Shown one piece after another: positions 36,854-48,006 of a stretch of DNA of 64,000 nt. The first letter of the stretch is position 1; each line of letters starts with the position of its first letter. A program made the translations under genes and the position numbers. The notes beneath the pieces were generated by a model. That model saw only the letters and a list, made by a program, of their open reading frames with translations, had not been told where the DNA came from and ran no database searches. Source of the DNA: Candidatus Latescibacterota bacterium (GTDB taxonomy: Bacteria; Krumholzibacteriota; Krumholzibacteriia; WVZY01; JAKEHA01); the NCBI GenBank assembly GCA_963707635.1, contig OY970173.1, positions 224,001-288,000 on the forward strand, in the 5' to 3' direction.

Positions 36854-37500
36854 CCCAGCACTCGCTCGATCGTTCGCGTTACCTCGTCGACCGGCTGCTC
36901 CCCGTCGAGCTCGTGCACCATCACCCGCCCGCGGTAGTACTCCAGGATCGGCCGGGTTTGCGCCGCGTACACGCCCAGACGCCGCTCGATCGTCTCCGGG
37001 CGATCGTCCTCGCGCTGTACCAGCGTTCCTCCGCACTTGTCGCACCGTCCCTCCACCGTCGGCGGATTGGCCGTCACGTGGTAGACGGTCTTGCACTGCG
37101 TGCACGTCCGCCGACCCGACAGCCGCTCGATCAAGACCTCGCGCCCCACCTCGAGCACGAAGATAGCGTCGATCCGCTGGCGCAACTGCTCGAGGAGCCG
37201 ATCCAGCCCCTCGGCCTGGCCCACGGTCCGCGGGAATCCGTCGAGCAACCAGCCCCGCAGCGCGGGCTCGGATGCAACCGCCGCGATCGCGTCGCGCATC
37301 AGCGCCAGCACGATGTCGTCCGACACCAGCCCGCCGGCGGCCAGCACGCTCTGCACCTGCTTGCCCAGCTCCGTCTCCCGCGCCACCGCGTCGCGCAGGA
37401 GGTCTCCGGTCGAAATGTGCCGGAGTCGAAACCGGTCCCGGAGACGTTCGGCCTGCGTGCCCTTCCCGGACCCCGGCGGACCGAACAGCACCAGATTCAT
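36850..37500 (-). CDS. adk: Adenylate kinase
   Basis: GPPGSGKGTQA, HISTGDLLR, LDGFPRT, Zn-lid CxxC. Confidence 0.99.
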   Translation of the reverse strand: MNLVLFGPPGSGKGTQAERLRDRFRLRHISTGDLLRDAVARETELGKQVQSVLAAGGLVSDDIVLALMRDAIAAVASEPALRGWLLDGFPRTVGQAEGLDRLLEQLRQRIDAIFVLEVGREVLIERLSGRRTCTQCKTVYHVTANPPTVEGRCDKCGGTLVQREDDRPETIERRLGVYAAQTRPILEYYRGRVMVHELDGEQPVDEVTRTIERVLG

Positions 37501-38814
37501 CTAGCCCCGTCGCCCGCGCAGGCGTCCGTGCTTGACGAATCCCTCGTAGTGGCGCATCAACAGGTGCGACTCGATCTGGCGCAGCGTATCCAGCATCACG
37601 CCCACGACGATCAGGAGGCCGGTGCCGCCGAAGTAGAACGGCACGTTGGCCCGCCGAATCAGGAAATCGGGCAGGATCGCGATGAACGCCAGGAAGATCG
37701 CCCCGGGCAGCGTGATGCGCGTCAGAATCCGGTCGATGTACTCGGCCGTGCGCTTGCCGGGGCGGATGCCCGGGATGAAGCCGCCCGACTTCTTCATGTT
37801 GTCGGCCAGGTCCACCGGGTTGAGCACGATCGCCGTATAGAAATACGTGAAAAAGATGATGATCAGCGCGTACAGCGTGATGTAGACCACGTGCCCGGGT
37901 GACAACCACAGCGTGATCGACTGCAGGAAGGTCACGTTCGGGAACAGCGCCGCGATCGTGGTCGGAAACATGATCAACGACTGCGCGAAAATGATCGGGA
38001 TCACGCCGGCGATGTTGACGGACAGGGGAATATGGCTCGCCTGCCCCCCGTACACGCGCCGCCCGACCACGCGCTTGGCGTACTGCACCGGAATTCGCCG
38101 CTGCCCCTGGGTCACGTAAATGACCCCCGCGATCACCAGCACCATCATGAGCAGGATGAGCCCCAGCTTGAACGGCGTCATCTGGCCGAGCTGCAGGGCG
38201 CGAATCGTGTTGAGCATTTCGATCGGATAACGCGCGACGATCCCGATGGTGATGATGAGCGACATGCCGTTGCCGATGCCGCGCTCCGTGATCTGCTCGC
38301 CGAGCCACATGATGAAGATCGTGCCCGCCGTGAGGGTGAGGATCGTCAGCAGGCGGAAGCCCCACCCCGGGAACATCACCGCCGACTCGCCGCTGGGTCC
38401 GCGCATGCCCTCGAGGAACATTGCGATGCCGAAGCCCTGGATCACCGAGAGCACGACGGTGCCGTAGCGCGTGTACTGCGTGATCTTCTTGCGGCCTTCC
38501 TCGCCTTCCTTCGCCAGTTTTTCGAAGAACGGAATGACTGCCTGGAACAGCTGCAGGATGATCGACGCGCTGATGTACGGCATGATGCCGAGCGCGAAGA
38601 TGGTCGCCTTCTCGAGGTTGCCGCCCGCGAACAGGTCGTAGAGGCCCAGGATGGTTCCGCGCTGGCGCGCGAAGAACTCCGTCAGGACGGAGGCGTCGAC
38701 GCCCGGCGCCGTGATGTGGCTCCCGATCCGGTAAACCGTCAGCAGCCCGAGCGTGAACACGACACGACGCTTGAGCTCGGGGATGCTGAAAATCTCTTGA
38801 AGCTTGCTGAACAT
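37501..38814 (-). CDS. secY: Preprotein translocase SecY
   Basis: IFALGIMPYISASII; WLGEQITERGIGNG; FGGTGLLIVVGV. Confidence 0.99.
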   Translation of the reverse strand: MFSKLQEIFSIPELKRRVVFTLGLLTVYRIGSHITAPGVDASVLTEFFARQRGTILGLYDLFAGGNLEKATIFALGIMPYISASIILQLFQAVIPFFEKLAKEGEEGRKKITQYTRYGTVVLSVIQGFGIAMFLEGMRGPSGESAVMFPGWGFRLLTILTLTAGTIFIMWLGEQITERGIGNGMSLIITIGIVARYPIEMLNTIRALQLGQMTPFKLGLILLMMVLVIAGVIYVTQGQRRIPVQYAKRVVGRRVYGGQASHIPLSVNIAGVIPIIFAQSLIMFPTTIAALFPNVTFLQSITLWLSPGHVVYITLYALIIIFFTYFYTAIVLNPVDLADNMKKSGGFIPGIRPGKRTAEYIDRILTRITLPGAIFLAFIAILPDFLIRRANVPFYFGGTGLLIVVGVMLDTLRQIESHLLMRHYEGFVKHGRLRGRRG

Positions 38815-38829
38815 GTCCTACGCCGCCGG

Positions 38830-39273
38830 TCAGCCGACCAGGTTCACCTGTCCGCCGGCCTTTTCCACCGCTTCCTTCGCTTTCTGGCTGCACGCGTGCA
38901 CCGCAATCTTGAGCGGTTTCTTGATCTCGCCGTCGGCGAGCAGCTTCACCCGGTTGTTCAGGTGACGAATGAGTCCCTTTTCCATCAACGTGTCGAGGTC
39001 GACGGTCGCGTTCGCCTCGAAACGATCGAGGTCGCTCAGATTGATCACCTGGTACTCCACGCGGAACAGGTTGGTGAACCCGCGCTTGGGCAGGCGGCGC
39101 TGGATCGGCATCTGCCCGCCTTCGTACCAGGGATGCGTCGTGTTGCCGGTGCGCGACTGCGAGCCCTTCGACCCGCGGCAGGACGTCATGCCGTGGCCCG
39201 AACCGGGGCCGCGACCCACGCGCTTGCGCTTCTTCTTCGCGCCGGATGCCGGCTTGAGATCTCCGAGCCGCAT
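38830..39273 (-). CDS. rplO: 50S ribosomal protein L15
   Basis: RVGRGPGSGHG..YEGGQMPIQRRLPKRGF. Confidence 0.98.
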   Translation of the reverse strand: MRLGDLKPASGAKKKRKRVGRGPGSGHGMTSCRGSKGSQSRTGNTTHPWYEGGQMPIQRRLPKRGFTNLFRVEYQVINLSDLDRFEANATVDLDTLMEKGLIRHLNNRVKLLADGEIKKPLKIAVHACSQKAKEAVEKAGGQVNLVG

Positions 39274-39274
39274 G

Positions 39275-39466
39275 CTAACGCACCTCCTCGACGCGCACGA
39301 GGTGCCGCACCTGCTGGACCATGCCGCGGATCTGCGGCGTGTCGGTCTTGACCAGCGTCTGGTAGCAGCGGCGAAATCCCAGCGCCTCCATGGTGAGACG
39401 GTGCTTGGGGACGGCGCCGATGGTGCTGCGCACCTGCGTGATACGGATCTGTTTGACCTTAGCCAT
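39275..39466 (-). CDS. rpmD: 50S ribosomal protein L30
   Basis: [20 protein letters not shown]. Confidence 0.97.
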   Translation of the reverse strand: MAKVKQIRITQVRSTIGAVPKHRLTMEALGFRRCYQTLVKTDTPQIRGMVQQVRHLVRVEEVR

Positions 39467-40103
39467 TCTTGGCCTCGACTTCCTTGGCCTCGATACTGAA
39501 GAGCTGGTTGATCGAAATGCCGCGGCGCTTGGCGACGTCGCGGGCGCTTTCGAGCTGCTGCAACGCGGTCATCGTCGCCTTCACCAGATTGTGCGGGTTG
39601 GTCGACCCCAGCGACTTGGCCAGCACGTCGCGCACGCCCGCCGATTCCATGATCGCGCGCACCACGCCGCCGGCAATCACGCCGGTGCCCGGGGTGGCGG
39701 GCTTGAGCATCACCCGGCCGGCGCCGAACTTGCCGACCACCAGAAACGGGATCGTCCCGCCCATCATCGGAACCCGGATCATCGAGCGCTTGGCGTTCTC
39801 GCCGGCCTTGCGAATCGCGTCGCTGATTTCGTTCGACTTGCCCAGGCCCACCCCGACGCGGCCCATGCCGTCGCCGACGCACACCAGCGCGTTGAAGCTG
39901 AAGCGGCGTCCGCCCTTGACGACCTTCGCCACGCGGTTGACATACACGGTGCTCTCGATGTACTCCGGACCGCCGCGCTCGCGCTCGGGTCTGGGTCCGC
40001 GCCGCTGGCGATCATCGCGCCCACGGCCGGGGCCGCCGCCGCCACGGGCGGGGCGACGATTGCGATCGTTCTGCTGCGGGGTCGTGCCTACGGTTTCAGC
40101 CAC
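39459..40103 (-). CDS. rpsE: 30S ribosomal protein S5
   Basis: [24 protein letters not shown]. Confidence 0.98.
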   Translation of the reverse strand: MAETVGTTPQQNDRNRRPARGGGGPGRGRDDRQRRGPRPERERGGPEYIESTVYVNRVAKVVKGGRRFSFNALVCVGDGMGRVGVGLGKSNEISDAIRKAGENAKRSMIRVPMMGGTIPFLVVGKFGAGRVMLKPATPGTGVIAGGVVRAIMESAGVRDVLAKSLGSTNPHNLVKATMTALQQLESARDVAKRRGISINQLFSIEAKEVEAKNG

Positions 40104-40130
40104 TTTCGACGTCCTCCGTCGATTCGGGTG

Positions 40131-40590
40131 CTAGAATTCGAGCCCGTGCTTGCGGGCCGACTCGGCCAGCGCAGCGACGCGCCCGTGATAGAGATACCCG
40201 CCGCGATCGAAACACACCTTGCCCACGCCCTTCGCTTTCGCGGCTTCGGCCAGCAGGCGTCCCACTTCGCGCGCCAGCGTCGTCTTGCGACCGCTGGCGG
40301 CTTCCTTCTCCGCCTTCTCGCCCTTCTTGCCCTTCTTGCCTTCGGGCTTTGCGCCCTCGGCCTTCGCGGCGGCTGGCGGGCTTCGCGCCCGGCTCCGCCT
40401 CGAGCTTCAGGCTCGACACCGACAGAAGCGTCTGTCCCGCAGTGTCGTCGATCAGCTGCGCATAGATGTGGTGGTTGGAGCGAAACACGCAGACGCGCGG
40501 CCGCTCGGGGGTTCCCACCACCCGGTTGCGAACCCGTTGGTGCCGGCGCCAGCGCTTGTACTCGCTCGGATTTCCGAATTTCTTTCTCAT
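40131..40590 (-). CDS. rplR: 50S ribosomal protein L18 (apparent extra base near 40374; Lys-rich insertion)
   Basis: [24 protein letters not shown] in one frame; C-terminal [47 protein letters not shown] in another. Confidence 0.93.
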
Positions 40591-40623
40591 GATCGTCTGA
40601 CCTCTCGACGCGTCCCGGCCGGG

Positions 40624-41169
40624 CTAGGTGGAGCCCACCGCGGACTTGCCGGCCTTGCGCACGATGTGCTCGTCGGAATACTTGATACCTTTGCCCTTGT
40701 ACGGCTCCGGGCGCCGAACCGCGCGAATCTCGGCCGCCACCTGGCCGACCCGCTGTCGATCGATGCCGGAAATCCGGATCTTGGTCGGCTCCGGCGTCTC
40801 GACCGTGATGCCCTCCGGCACGGAGAAGTTCACCAGGTGCGAGTACCCGATGGTGAGCACCAGCGTCTTGCCCTTGGCTTCCGCCTTGTAGCCCACCCCG
40901 ACGATCTCCAGATCCTTGGCGAAACCGCTCGTGACCCCGTGCACCATGTTGTTGAGGTGCGCGCGCGTGGTGCCGTGCGCCGCCCGGACCGACTTCTCGT
41001 CGCCGGTGCGGGTGACGGCGAGCGTGCTGCCTTCCTGCGCGACCTTGCAGGTCGACGGAACGTCGAGCGAGAGAGACCCCTTCGGCCCCTTGACCGTCAC
41101 CGTCGACGCGGCGATCGTGACCGACACACCCGCCGGGATCTCTACCGGCTTTCTTCCAATTCGCGACAT
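40624..41169 (-). CDS. rplF: 50S ribosomal protein L6
   Basis: MSRIGRKPV; RPEPYKGKGIKY. Confidence 0.99.
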   Translation of the reverse strand: MSRIGRKPVEIPAGVSVTIAASTVTVKGPKGSLSLDVPSTCKVAQEGSTLAVTRTGDEKSVRAAHGTTRAHLNNMVHGVTSGFAKDLEIVGVGYKAEAKGKTLVLTIGYSHLVNFSVPEGITVETPEPTKIRISGIDRQRVGQVAAEIRAVRRPEPYKGKGIKYSDEHIVRKAGKSAVGST

Positions 41170-41211
41170 ATCAAACCGTCCGTTCTCTCTCCGGGAGCGC
41201 GATGGCCGCGG

Positions 41212-41610
41212 CTACCAGACCTCACACATTACTTCGCCGCCGATGCCGCGCTTGCGGCATTCGCCGTCGGTGATGATCCCCTGCGACGTCGAGACGATGG
41301 CGATGCCGAAGCCGCCCAGCACGCGCGGGAGCTGCGTGCGCGGCGCGTAGATGCGCCGGCTCGCCTTGCTCACGCGGCGCGATCCGCTCATGACCGCCGT
41401 GTTCTCCCTGGTGTACTTCGGGTACAGCCGCAGGAGTCCCTGGCGCTCGTCCTCGATGTACTTGACGCCCTTCAGGTATCCGGCATCGAGCAGGATCTTG
41501 CTGATCTGTGCCTTCACCCGCGAGGCGGGAATGTCCACGTGCTTGTGCTTCGCCCGCGCGGCGTTTCTCAGCCTCGCGAGGTAATCGGCAATCGGATCGG
41601 TCATCGACAT
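41212..41610 (-). CDS. rpsH: 30S ribosomal protein S8
   Basis: MTDPIADYLARLRNA; GIAIVSTSQG..GGEVMCEVW. Confidence 0.99.
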   Translation of the reverse strand: MSMTDPIADYLARLRNAARAKHKHVDIPASRVKAQISKILLDAGYLKGVKYIEDERQGLLRLYPKYTRENTAVMSGSRRVSKASRRIYAPRTQLPRVLGGFGIAIVSTSQGIITDGECRKRGIGGEVMCEVW

Positions 41611-41628
41611 TGCTTTTCTCCTGTTAAC

Positions 41629-41727
41629 GGCGGAGCGCGTCAGTGCGTTCGACGCGATTTCCGCAGCGCGTTTTCAACAGCTTCACGCGCGAGGACCATG
41701 AGCGGAGAACGCACTGCGCACTCCGCC
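41629..41727 (+). repeat. Dispersed structured repeat, copy B (rpsN-rpsH gap)
   Basis: Core TTCGACGCGATTTC..GCGCGT..ACGCGC..CATGAGCGGAGAA closed by CAGTGCGTTC/GAACGCACTG and GGCGGAG/CTCCGCC. Confidence 0.8.
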
Positions 41728-41731
41728 ACTT

Positions 41732-41917
41732 CTACCAACTCGCTTTGACGACTCCCGGAACTTCGCCCATCAGGGCGAGATCGCGGAAGCAGATTCGGCA
41801 CAGTCCAAACCGGCGCAGATACGCGCGTGACCGGCCGCACTTGTTACAGCGGTGGTACGCGCGCACCTTGAATTTCGGGCGCCGCTTGGACTTCACAATC
41901 CACGATTTCTTGGCCAC
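41732..41917 (-). CDS. rpsN: 30S ribosomal protein S14 (type Z, Zn-binding)
   Basis: [23 protein letters not shown]. Confidence 0.98.
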   Translation of the reverse strand: MAKKSWIVKSKRRPKFKVRAYHRCNKCGRSRAYLRRFGLCRICFRDLALMGEVPGVVKASW

Positions 41918-41946
41918 GCGTTCCTTCCTCGTTCGCCGCGTCCGCG

Positions 41947-42489
41947 CTAGTTCTTGCGGAACGGCATTTTCATGTGCGTCAACAGCGCCAACGCTTCCTC
42001 ATCCGTGCGCGCCGACGTCACAATCGTAATGTCCATGCCGAAGACCTGCACGATCTTGTCGTAATCGATCTCCGGGAAGATGATGTGCTCCTTGACGCCC
42101 AGCGTGTAGTTCCCGCGCCCGTCGAATCCCCGCGTCGGCACACCGCGAAAGTCGCGGATGCGCGGGAGCGAGAGGTTCACCAGCCGGTCGTAGAACTCGT
42201 ACATGTGCTCACGGCGCAGCGTCACCTTGCACCCGATCGGCATGTTTTCGCGCAGCTTGAACGCGGCCACCGAGACACGCGCCCGGTTGAGCCTGGGTTT
42301 CTGCCCGGTGATCAACCCGAGGTCGCTCATCGCCGCGTCCACCAGCTTGGCGTTGGCCACGGCCTCGCCGACCCCCATGTTGACCACGATCTTCTCCATC
42401 CGTGGCACCTGCATGACGTTCTTGAACCCGAACTCTTTGGTCAGGGCCGGGATCACTTCCTTCTCATACACTTCCCGAAGTCTCGCCAT
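41947..42489 (-). CDS. rplE: 50S ribosomal protein L5
   Basis: [24 protein letters not shown]. Confidence 0.99.
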   Translation of the reverse strand: MARLREVYEKEVIPALTKEFGFKNVMQVPRMEKIVVNMGVGEAVANAKLVDAAMSDLGLITGQKPRLNRARVSVAAFKLRENMPIGCKVTLRREHMYEFYDRLVNLSLPRIRDFRGVPTRGFDGRGNYTLGVKEHIIFPEIDYDKIVQVFGMDITIVTSARTDEEALALLTHMKMPFRKN

Positions 42490-42503
42490 CGCTCAATCTC
42501 CCG

Positions 42504-42821
42504 CTACTCGTTCGACAACATTTCGTTGCACGCCCCGCACACGCGGACCTTCTTGCCCTGCAGCTCGCCGGTTCGCGTGCGCGCGGGCTTGCCGCATTTC
42601 GGGCACACCAGCATCACATTCGAGATATGGATCGAGGCCTCCTTCTCGACGATGCCACCCGGCTGCTGCGCGGAACGCGGCTTGGTGTGGCGCTTGACGA
42701 GCTGGATCTTCTCGACGATCACGCGGTTCTTGTCCGGAATCACCATGATCACCTTGCCGGTCTTGCCCTTGTGGTTGCCGGAGATGACTTTGACCGTATC
42801 GTTCTTTACGATGCTACGCAT
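42504..42821 (-). CDS. rplX: 50S ribosomal protein L24
   Basis: DTVKVISGNHKGKTG; EASIHISNV. Confidence 0.98.
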   Translation of the reverse strand: MRSIVKNDTVKVISGNHKGKTGKVIMVIPDKNRVIVEKIQLVKRHTKPRSAQQPGGIVEKEASIHISNVMLVCPKCGKPARTRTGELQGKKVRVCGACNEMLSNE

Positions 42822-42837
42822 GACACCTAACCCCCGC

Positions 42838-43206
42838 TCACAGCACTTCCGGCGCGAGCGAAATGATCTTCATGAATTTCTTGTCCCGGAGCTCGCGCGC
42901 AACCGGGCCAAAAATGCGCGTCCCGATGGGCTCCTGGTTGTCGTTGATAATGACCGCCGCGTTCTCGTCGAAGCGGATGAACGTCCCGTCCACGCGGCGC
43001 GTCTCCTTCTTCGTGCGCACGATGACCGCCTTCGCCACCTGGCCCTTCTTGACGAGCCCACCCGGGATGGCGACCTTGACGGACACCGAGATGACGTCGC
43101 CGATCGTCGCGCTGTTCTTCCGGGTCGAGCCGACCACCTGGATGCACTGCAACTTCTTGGCACCCGAGTTGTCGGCGACCTGAAGCATGGTCCTCATCTT
43201 GATCAT
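42838..43206 (-). CDS. rplN: 50S ribosomal protein L14
   Basis: [28 protein letters not shown]. Confidence 0.99.
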   Translation of the reverse strand: MIKMRTMLQVADNSGAKKLQCIQVVGSTRKNSATIGDVISVSVKVAIPGGLVKKGQVAKAVIVRTKKETRRVDGTFIRFDENAAVIINDNQEPIGTRIFGPVARELRDKKFMKIISLAPEVL

Positions 43207-43237
43207 AGCTATTACCTGCTTCTCTCCAGGCGGGCGA

Positions 43238-43516
43238 CTACTTCGCGCGCTCGATAACTTCGATCAGCCGCCAGCGCTTGGTCTTGCTCAAGGGCCGCGT
43301 CGACATGACGAGCACCTTGTCGCCGATCTGGCACGTGTTCTCGGGGTCGTGCGCGTAGAGCTTGGTGGTGCGCTTGATGTACTTGCCGTACACCGGGTGC
43401 TTCACCAGGCGCTCCACCGTGACCACGATGGTCTTGTCCATGCGATTGCTCTTCACCAGGCCGACGAACGTCTTGCGCCGCACCGGCTTTGCAGTCGTGT
43501 TTGCTTCGGTCATCAT
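43238..43516 (-). CDS. rpsQ: 30S ribosomal protein S17
   Basis: [23 protein letters not shown]. Confidence 0.98.
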   Translation of the reverse strand: MMTEANTTAKPVRRKTFVGLVKSNRMDKTIVVTVERLVKHPVYGKYIKRTTKLYAHDPENTCQIGDKVLVMSTRPLSKTKRWRLIEVIERAK

Positions 43517-43522
43517 TCCACC

Positions 43523-43747
43523 TTACCTGCCGGCGCGTTGCCGCGACGACGGCTCCTTGCCGGTCTGCTTCTGGGTGAGGATGGTGTTGGTGCGTGCGAT
43601 CTCGCGGCGCAGCGCACGAACTCGCAACGGATTCTCCAGCTGGCGCAGCACCAGCTTGACGCGCAGGTTCGCGAGCTCGTCGAGCAGCGCATCGTGGTGC
43701 GCCTGGAGCTCGACGGCCGTCAGGTTCCTCATGTCTTCCGCCTTCAT
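43523..43747 (-). CDS. rpmC: 50S ribosomal protein L29
   Basis: [14 protein letters not shown]. Confidence 0.95.
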   Translation of the reverse strand: MKAEDMRNLTAVELQAHHDALLDELANLRVKLVLRQLENPLRVRALRREIARTNTILTQKQTGKEPSSRQRAGR

Positions 43748-43750
43748 CGC

Positions 43751-44167
43751 CTATTCCTCCACGTCGCGCTGGACGAACTTCGTCTTGCAGGGGAGCTTGG
43801 AGGCCGCCAGCTCGAGGGCGCGCTTCGCGACGTCGGCGGCGACGCCTTCGAGCTCGAAGAGCACGCGCCCCGGCTTCACGACCGCAACCCAGTACTCCGG
43901 GTTCCCCTTGCCTTTTCCCATCCGGGTTTCCGCCGGCTTGACCGTCACGGGCTTGTCGGGGAACACGCGGATCCACAGTTTCCCCTGGCGCTTGATGTGA
44001 CGGGTAATCGCCACGCGCGCCGCCTCGATCTGCCGGTTCGTGATCCACTGCGGCTCCATCGCCTTCAATCCATAGGCGCCGAAAGCGATGGTTGCGCCCC
44101 GCGTCGCCTGTCCGCTCATGCGACCGCGCTGCTGCTTGCGGTGCTTCACGCGCTTCGGCATCAACAT
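43751..44167 (-). CDS. rplP: 50S ribosomal protein L16
   Basis: [19 protein letters not shown]. Confidence 0.99.
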   Translation of the reverse strand: MLMPKRVKHRKQQRGRMSGQATRGATIAFGAYGLKAMEPQWITNRQIEAARVAITRHIKRQGKLWIRVFPDKPVTVKPAETRMGKGKGNPEYWVAVVKPGRVLFELEGVAADVAKRALELAASKLPCKTKFVQRDVEE

Positions 44168-44170
44168 GGC

Positions 44171-44842
44171 TTACCGGACCCCCTCTGCGGCCTTGCTCAG
44201 CGACTTCTTGAACTCCTCGGGGAATATCTCCCCCTTGTAGATCCAGACCTTCACACCCACGGTGCCGAAGGTGGTGTGCGCGGTCGACCGCGCAAAGTCG
44301 ATGTCGGCGCGCAGCGTGTGCAGCGGCACCCGGCCCTCGTGGTAACCCTCGCGGCGGGCGATCTCGGCGCCGTTGAGGCGGCCCGAGCACTGCACCTTGA
44401 TTCCCTGTGCGCCCATGCGCATCGCGGACTGGATCGTCTTCTTCATGGCGCGGCGGAACGCCACCCGCTGCTGGAGCTGCATCGCAATGTGCTCGGCGAC
44501 GAGCTGGGCGTTGAGTTCGGGTTTCTTGACGTCCTTGATGTTGATCTGGACGTCGCGGCGGCACATCTGCTTGAGCTCATCGCGCAGCAGGTCCACTTCC
44601 GAGCCCTTGCGCCCGATGACCATCCCCGGACGCGCGGTAAAGATATTCACCGTCGCCTTGCCACCCGACCTCTCGATCTCGACGCGCGCCACACCGGCCT
44701 TGAACAGGCGGCGCTTGATGTAATCGCGCACCTTGATGTCCTCGTCGAGCCACCTCGAATACTCCTTCGAGGCGAACCAGCGGGAGTCCCAGGTTCGGTT
44801 GATACCGAGGCGGAAGCCGACCGGATTGGTCTTCTGTCCCAT
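44171..44842 (-). CDS. rpsC: 30S ribosomal protein S3
   Basis: [26 protein letters not shown]. Confidence 0.99.
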   Translation of the reverse strand: MGQKTNPVGFRLGINRTWDSRWFASKEYSRWLDEDIKVRDYIKRRLFKAGVARVEIERSGGKATVNIFTARPGMVIGRKGSEVDLLRDELKQMCRRDVQINIKDVKKPELNAQLVAEHIAMQLQQRVAFRRAMKKTIQSAMRMGAQGIKVQCSGRLNGAEIARREGYHEGRVPLHTLRADIDFARSTAHTTFGTVGVKVWIYKGEIFPEEFKKSLSKAAEGVR

Positions 44843-44872
44843 CAGCGGGACCTCCGCGTTGCCACACGTCGA

Positions 44873-45229
44873 TCATGCATTCTTGGGTTCCTCCGTCAGC
44901 GACACCGTCACCTTGATATGGCTGCTGCGCTTGCGAATTCGATACGCCCGGCCCTGCGCGCGCGGACGAATGCGATACATCGTCTTGCCCTCGTCGATCA
45001 GGATCGACTTCACGACCATGTCCTCCGCGGCGACGTGGCCCCCGTGCTTGTTGACGAGGTTGTGCATGGCCGACTGGATGGTCTTGCTGACCGCCTCCGA
45101 CGCGGCGCGCTTGGTGAAGCGCAGCAGCGTGAGCGCGCTGTCCACCTTGCGGCCCCGCACCAGGTCCGCGAGCTGGCGGACCTTGCGCGGCGGATAGCCG
45201 ACGTGCTTCGAAACTGCGTAGGCGTCCAT
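44873..45229 (-). CDS. rplV: 50S ribosomal protein L22
   Basis: PRKVRQLADLVRG; RPRAQGRA. Confidence 0.98.
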   Translation of the reverse strand: MDAYAVSKHVGYPPRKVRQLADLVRGRKVDSALTLLRFTKRAASEAVSKTIQSAMHNLVNKHGGHVAAEDMVVKSILIDEGKTMYRIRPRAQGRAYRIRKRSSHIKVTVSLTEEPKNA

Positions 45230-45263
45230 GATTCCGTCCTTAGGAGCGCGAGCGCTGCCGCGA

Positions 45264-45560
45264 CTACGCGGCGGGCTTCTTCGCGGCCTTTTCTTCCTTG
45301 GTCTTGAACGTGTGTCCGCGGAACGTCCGCGTCAGCGAGAACTCGCCCATCTTGTGACCGACCATGTTCTCGGTGATGTACACGGGTATGAACTGCTTCC
45401 CGTTGTGCACGGCCAGGGTATGGCCGACCATCTCGGGCGAAATCGTCGAGCGCCGCGCCCACGTCTTGAGCACGCGCTTCTCGCCCGTCTGGTTCATCGA
45501 AGTGATCCGGCCCAACAGCCGTTCGTCGATGAACGGTCCTTTTTTCAAGCTCCTCGGCAT
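45264..45560 (-). CDS. rpsS: 30S ribosomal protein S19
   Basis: [16 protein letters not shown]. Confidence 0.99.
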   Translation of the reverse strand: MPRSLKKGPFIDERLLGRITSMNQTGEKRVLKTWARRSTISPEMVGHTLAVHNGKQFIPVYITENMVGHKMGEFSLTRTFRGHTFKTKEEKAAKKPAA

Positions 45561-45569
45561 ATCGACCCC

Positions 45570-46406
45570 TTATCCCTCGTGTTTCTTCTGGCGCCGGCGC
45601 ACGATCAACCGCGAGCTCGGCTTCTTCCGCTTGCGCGTCTTGCGACCATCCGGCAACCCCCACGGACTGCACGCCGGGCGGCCGCCGCTGGACTTGCCCT
45701 CGCCGCCACCCAGCGGATGGTCGACCGGATTCATCGCGACGCCGCGCACCTGCGGGCGACGTCCGAGCCACCGCGTCCGGCCCGCCTTGCCCGACACGAC
45801 GTTTTCGTGGTCGAGATTCCCGACCTGGCCCACGCTCGCATAGCACTCCTTGCGCACCATGCGCATTTCACCCGACGGAAGGCGCAGGGTCGCGTAGTTC
45901 CCGTCCTTCGCCATGAGCTGGGCGAACGAGCCCGCGGAACGCACCAGCTGCCCGCCCTTACCCACGACCAGCTCCACGTTGTGGACCATGGTGCCGACGG
46001 GGATCTTCTCCAGCGGCAGCGCGTTGCCGGGCTTGATGTCGGCCTCGGGCCCCGCGAGCACGCTGTCGCCGACTTTGAGCTCGTTGGGCGCGACGATGTA
46101 GTTCTTCTCTCCGTCGGCGTAGAAGAGCAGCGCGATGCGCGACGTGCGATTCGGATCGTACTCGATCGACACGACCTTCGCGGGGATGCCCACCTTGCGG
46201 CGCTTGAAGTCGATCACGCGGTAGCGGCGCTTGTGACCGCCGCCGCGGCGGCGCATCGTCTGACGTCCGGTATTGTTCCGCCCGCCCGACTTGCTCAACG
46301 GCGCCAGCAACGACTTCTCCGGAGTGGTGGTCGTGATCTCCGCAAAGTCCGAAACCGTCCGGTACCGGAGCGTCGGCGTGATCGGATTGAACTTCTTGAT
46401 ACCCAT
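45570..46406 (-). CDS. rplB: 50S ribosomal protein L2
   Basis: [24 protein letters not shown]. Confidence 0.99.
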   Translation of the reverse strand: MGIKKFNPITPTLRYRTVSDFAEITTTTPEKSLLAPLSKSGGRNNTGRQTMRRRGGGHKRRYRVIDFKRRKVGIPAKVVSIEYDPNRTSRIALLFYADGEKNYIVAPNELKVGDSVLAGPEADIKPGNALPLEKIPVGTMVHNVELVVGKGGQLVRSAGSFAQLMAKDGNYATLRLPSGEMRMVRKECYASVGQVGNLDHENVVSGKAGRTRWLGRRPQVRGVAMNPVDHPLGGGEGKSSGGRPACSPWGLPDGRKTRKRKKPSSRLIVRRRQKKHEG

Positions 46407-46418
46407 CGCGATCCTTCC

Positions 46419-46727
46419 CTAGGCGATGTCGAACGCCTCGATGGTCTGACCCTCGGCGAGCGTCACGTACGCCTTCTTCCAGTCCGAGCGAGCGCCGGCG
46501 TACCGGCCGGACTTGTTCATCGCCACCGCGATCTTGCCCGCGTAGTTGGCGGTGCGAACGTCCTTCACCTTGACGTTGAAGAGTTTCTCCACCGCCATCT
46601 TGATCTCGCGCTTGTTCGCCCTGCGATCGACGCGAAAGATGTAGCGGTTCTTGAGCTCTTTCATGATCGCGCCCTTTTCGGTGAGCATCGGGCGTTCGAT
46701 CACGAAACGAATGTCACGGTTCTTCAC
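46419..46727 (-). CDS. rplW: 50S ribosomal protein L23
   Basis: GTG start overlapping the rplD stop; RPMLTEK..ANKREIK..WKKAYVTL. Confidence 0.97.
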   Translation of the reverse strand: MKNRDIRFVIERPMLTEKGAIMKELKNRYIFRVDRRANKREIKMAVEKLFNVKVKDVRTANYAGKIAVAMNKSGRYAGARSDWKKAYVTLAEGQTIEAFDIA

Positions 46728-47356
46728 GACGCGTACACCTCTTCCATGCGCCGGAGCGCGGCGTCGGTCAGGACGATCTTGTCGGCCCAGACCACGTCGT
46801 AGGTGGTCACGGAGTCGGCGATCGCGATGCGCACGCCGGTGACGTTGCGCGCCGACTTGATGGTCGGACCGTCCGCCTTGTCCAGGATGACCAGCGCCTT
46901 CTTGAGCTTGTGGGCATCCATGTTCTTCAAGACTGAGGTGAAGGCCTTGGTCTTCGGGGCCGCGAACTCGAACGCCTTGATGACCAGGATGTCGCCGTCT
47001 TTGGCCCGCGCCGTGAGCGACGACTTGAGCGCCACGCGCTTGACCTTCTTGTTCACCTTCAGACGGTGGTCGCGCGGGTGCGGCCCGAACACCGTCCCGC
47101 CGCCGCGCCACAGCGGCGAGCGAATCGTGCCCGCGCGGGCGCGCCCGGTGCCCTTCTGGCGCCACGGCTTCTTGCCGCCGCCGCGCACGTCGGAGCGCTC
47201 CTTGGTGTTGACCGTGCCCTGCCGCTGGTTCGCCAGGTAGGCGACCACCGCCTCGTGCACGGCGAACTGGTTGACCTCGGCCTCGAACAGGCTCTTCGGC
47301 AACTCCACCGTTCCCGCCCGTTTGCCGTCCTTCTCAAAACAAGCCGCGGTTGCCAT
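46724..47356 (-). CDS. rplD: 50S ribosomal protein L4
   Basis: [21 protein letters not shown]. Confidence 0.98.
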   Translation of the reverse strand: MATAACFEKDGKRAGTVELPKSLFEAEVNQFAVHEAVVAYLANQRQGTVNTKERSDVRGGGKKPWRQKGTGRARAGTIRSPLWRGGGTVFGPHPRDHRLKVNKKVKRVALKSSLTARAKDGDILVIKAFEFAAPKTKAFTSVLKNMDAHKLKKALVILDKADGPTIKSARNVTGVRIAIADSVTTYDVVWADKIVLTDAALRRMEEVYAS

Positions 47357-47360
47357 CCGA

Positions 47361-47981
47361 TTACCTCGCGTCCGTGCGCACGATGACGATTCCATTGTTG
47401 GCGCCGGGGATGCTGCCCTTGATGAACAGCAGGTTGTTCTCCGCGTCGATCTGCACCAGCGTCAGGTTGCGCGTGGTGCTGCGCGCTCCGCCCATGCGCC
47501 CGGGCATGCGCTTGCCCGGGAAAGTGCGCGACGGATACGCCGACGCGCCGACCGAACCGGGCTCGCGATAGTTCTTGTTGCCGTGGGTCTTGCGCCCGCG
47601 CTGGAAGTGGTGGCGTCGAATCGTGCCCTGGAATCCCTTACCCTTCGACGTGCCCGTCACGTGCACGACCTTGGCCCCCTCGAATACCTTCACGTCGAGC
47701 GTGTCCCCGACCTTGAAAGCGGACGGGTCGGCGACGCGCACTTCGCGCAGGATCCTCCGCGGCGTGACGTTCGCCTTCTTCGTGTGCCCCAGCTCCGGCT
47801 TGGTCATGCGGGACTCCTTGGCTTCGTCGAAGCCGATCTGGATCGCCGCGTAGCCTTCCTTGTCGAGCGTCTTCACCTGGATGATCGGGCACGGCCCGGC
47901 CTCGACCACCGAGACCGGCACGACCCGGCCGGACTCCTCGAACAACTGCGTCATCCCAATTTTCTTACCGATCAGCATCAT
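47361..47981 (-). CDS. rplC: 50S ribosomal protein L3
   Basis: GKKIGMTQ; SKGKGFQG..RH.F..G..THG. Confidence 0.99.
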   Translation of the reverse strand: MMLIGKKIGMTQLFEESGRVVPVSVVEAGPCPIIQVKTLDKEGYAAIQIGFDEAKESRMTKPELGHTKKANVTPRRILREVRVADPSAFKVGDTLDVKVFEGAKVVHVTGTSKGKGFQGTIRRHHFQRGRKTHGNKNYREPGSVGASAYPSRTFPGKRMPGRMGGARSTTRNLTLVQIDAENNLLFIKGSIPGANNGIVIVRTDAR

Positions 47982-48006
47982 GGTAGTTCAGCACCTTCTC
48001 ACTCGA

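Noticed and set aside
36110..38893. 927-aa ORF suggesting a giant MetAP fusion
   Set aside because: The upstream part is an alternate frame of secY/adk; the real map starts at 36853, overlapping the adk stop
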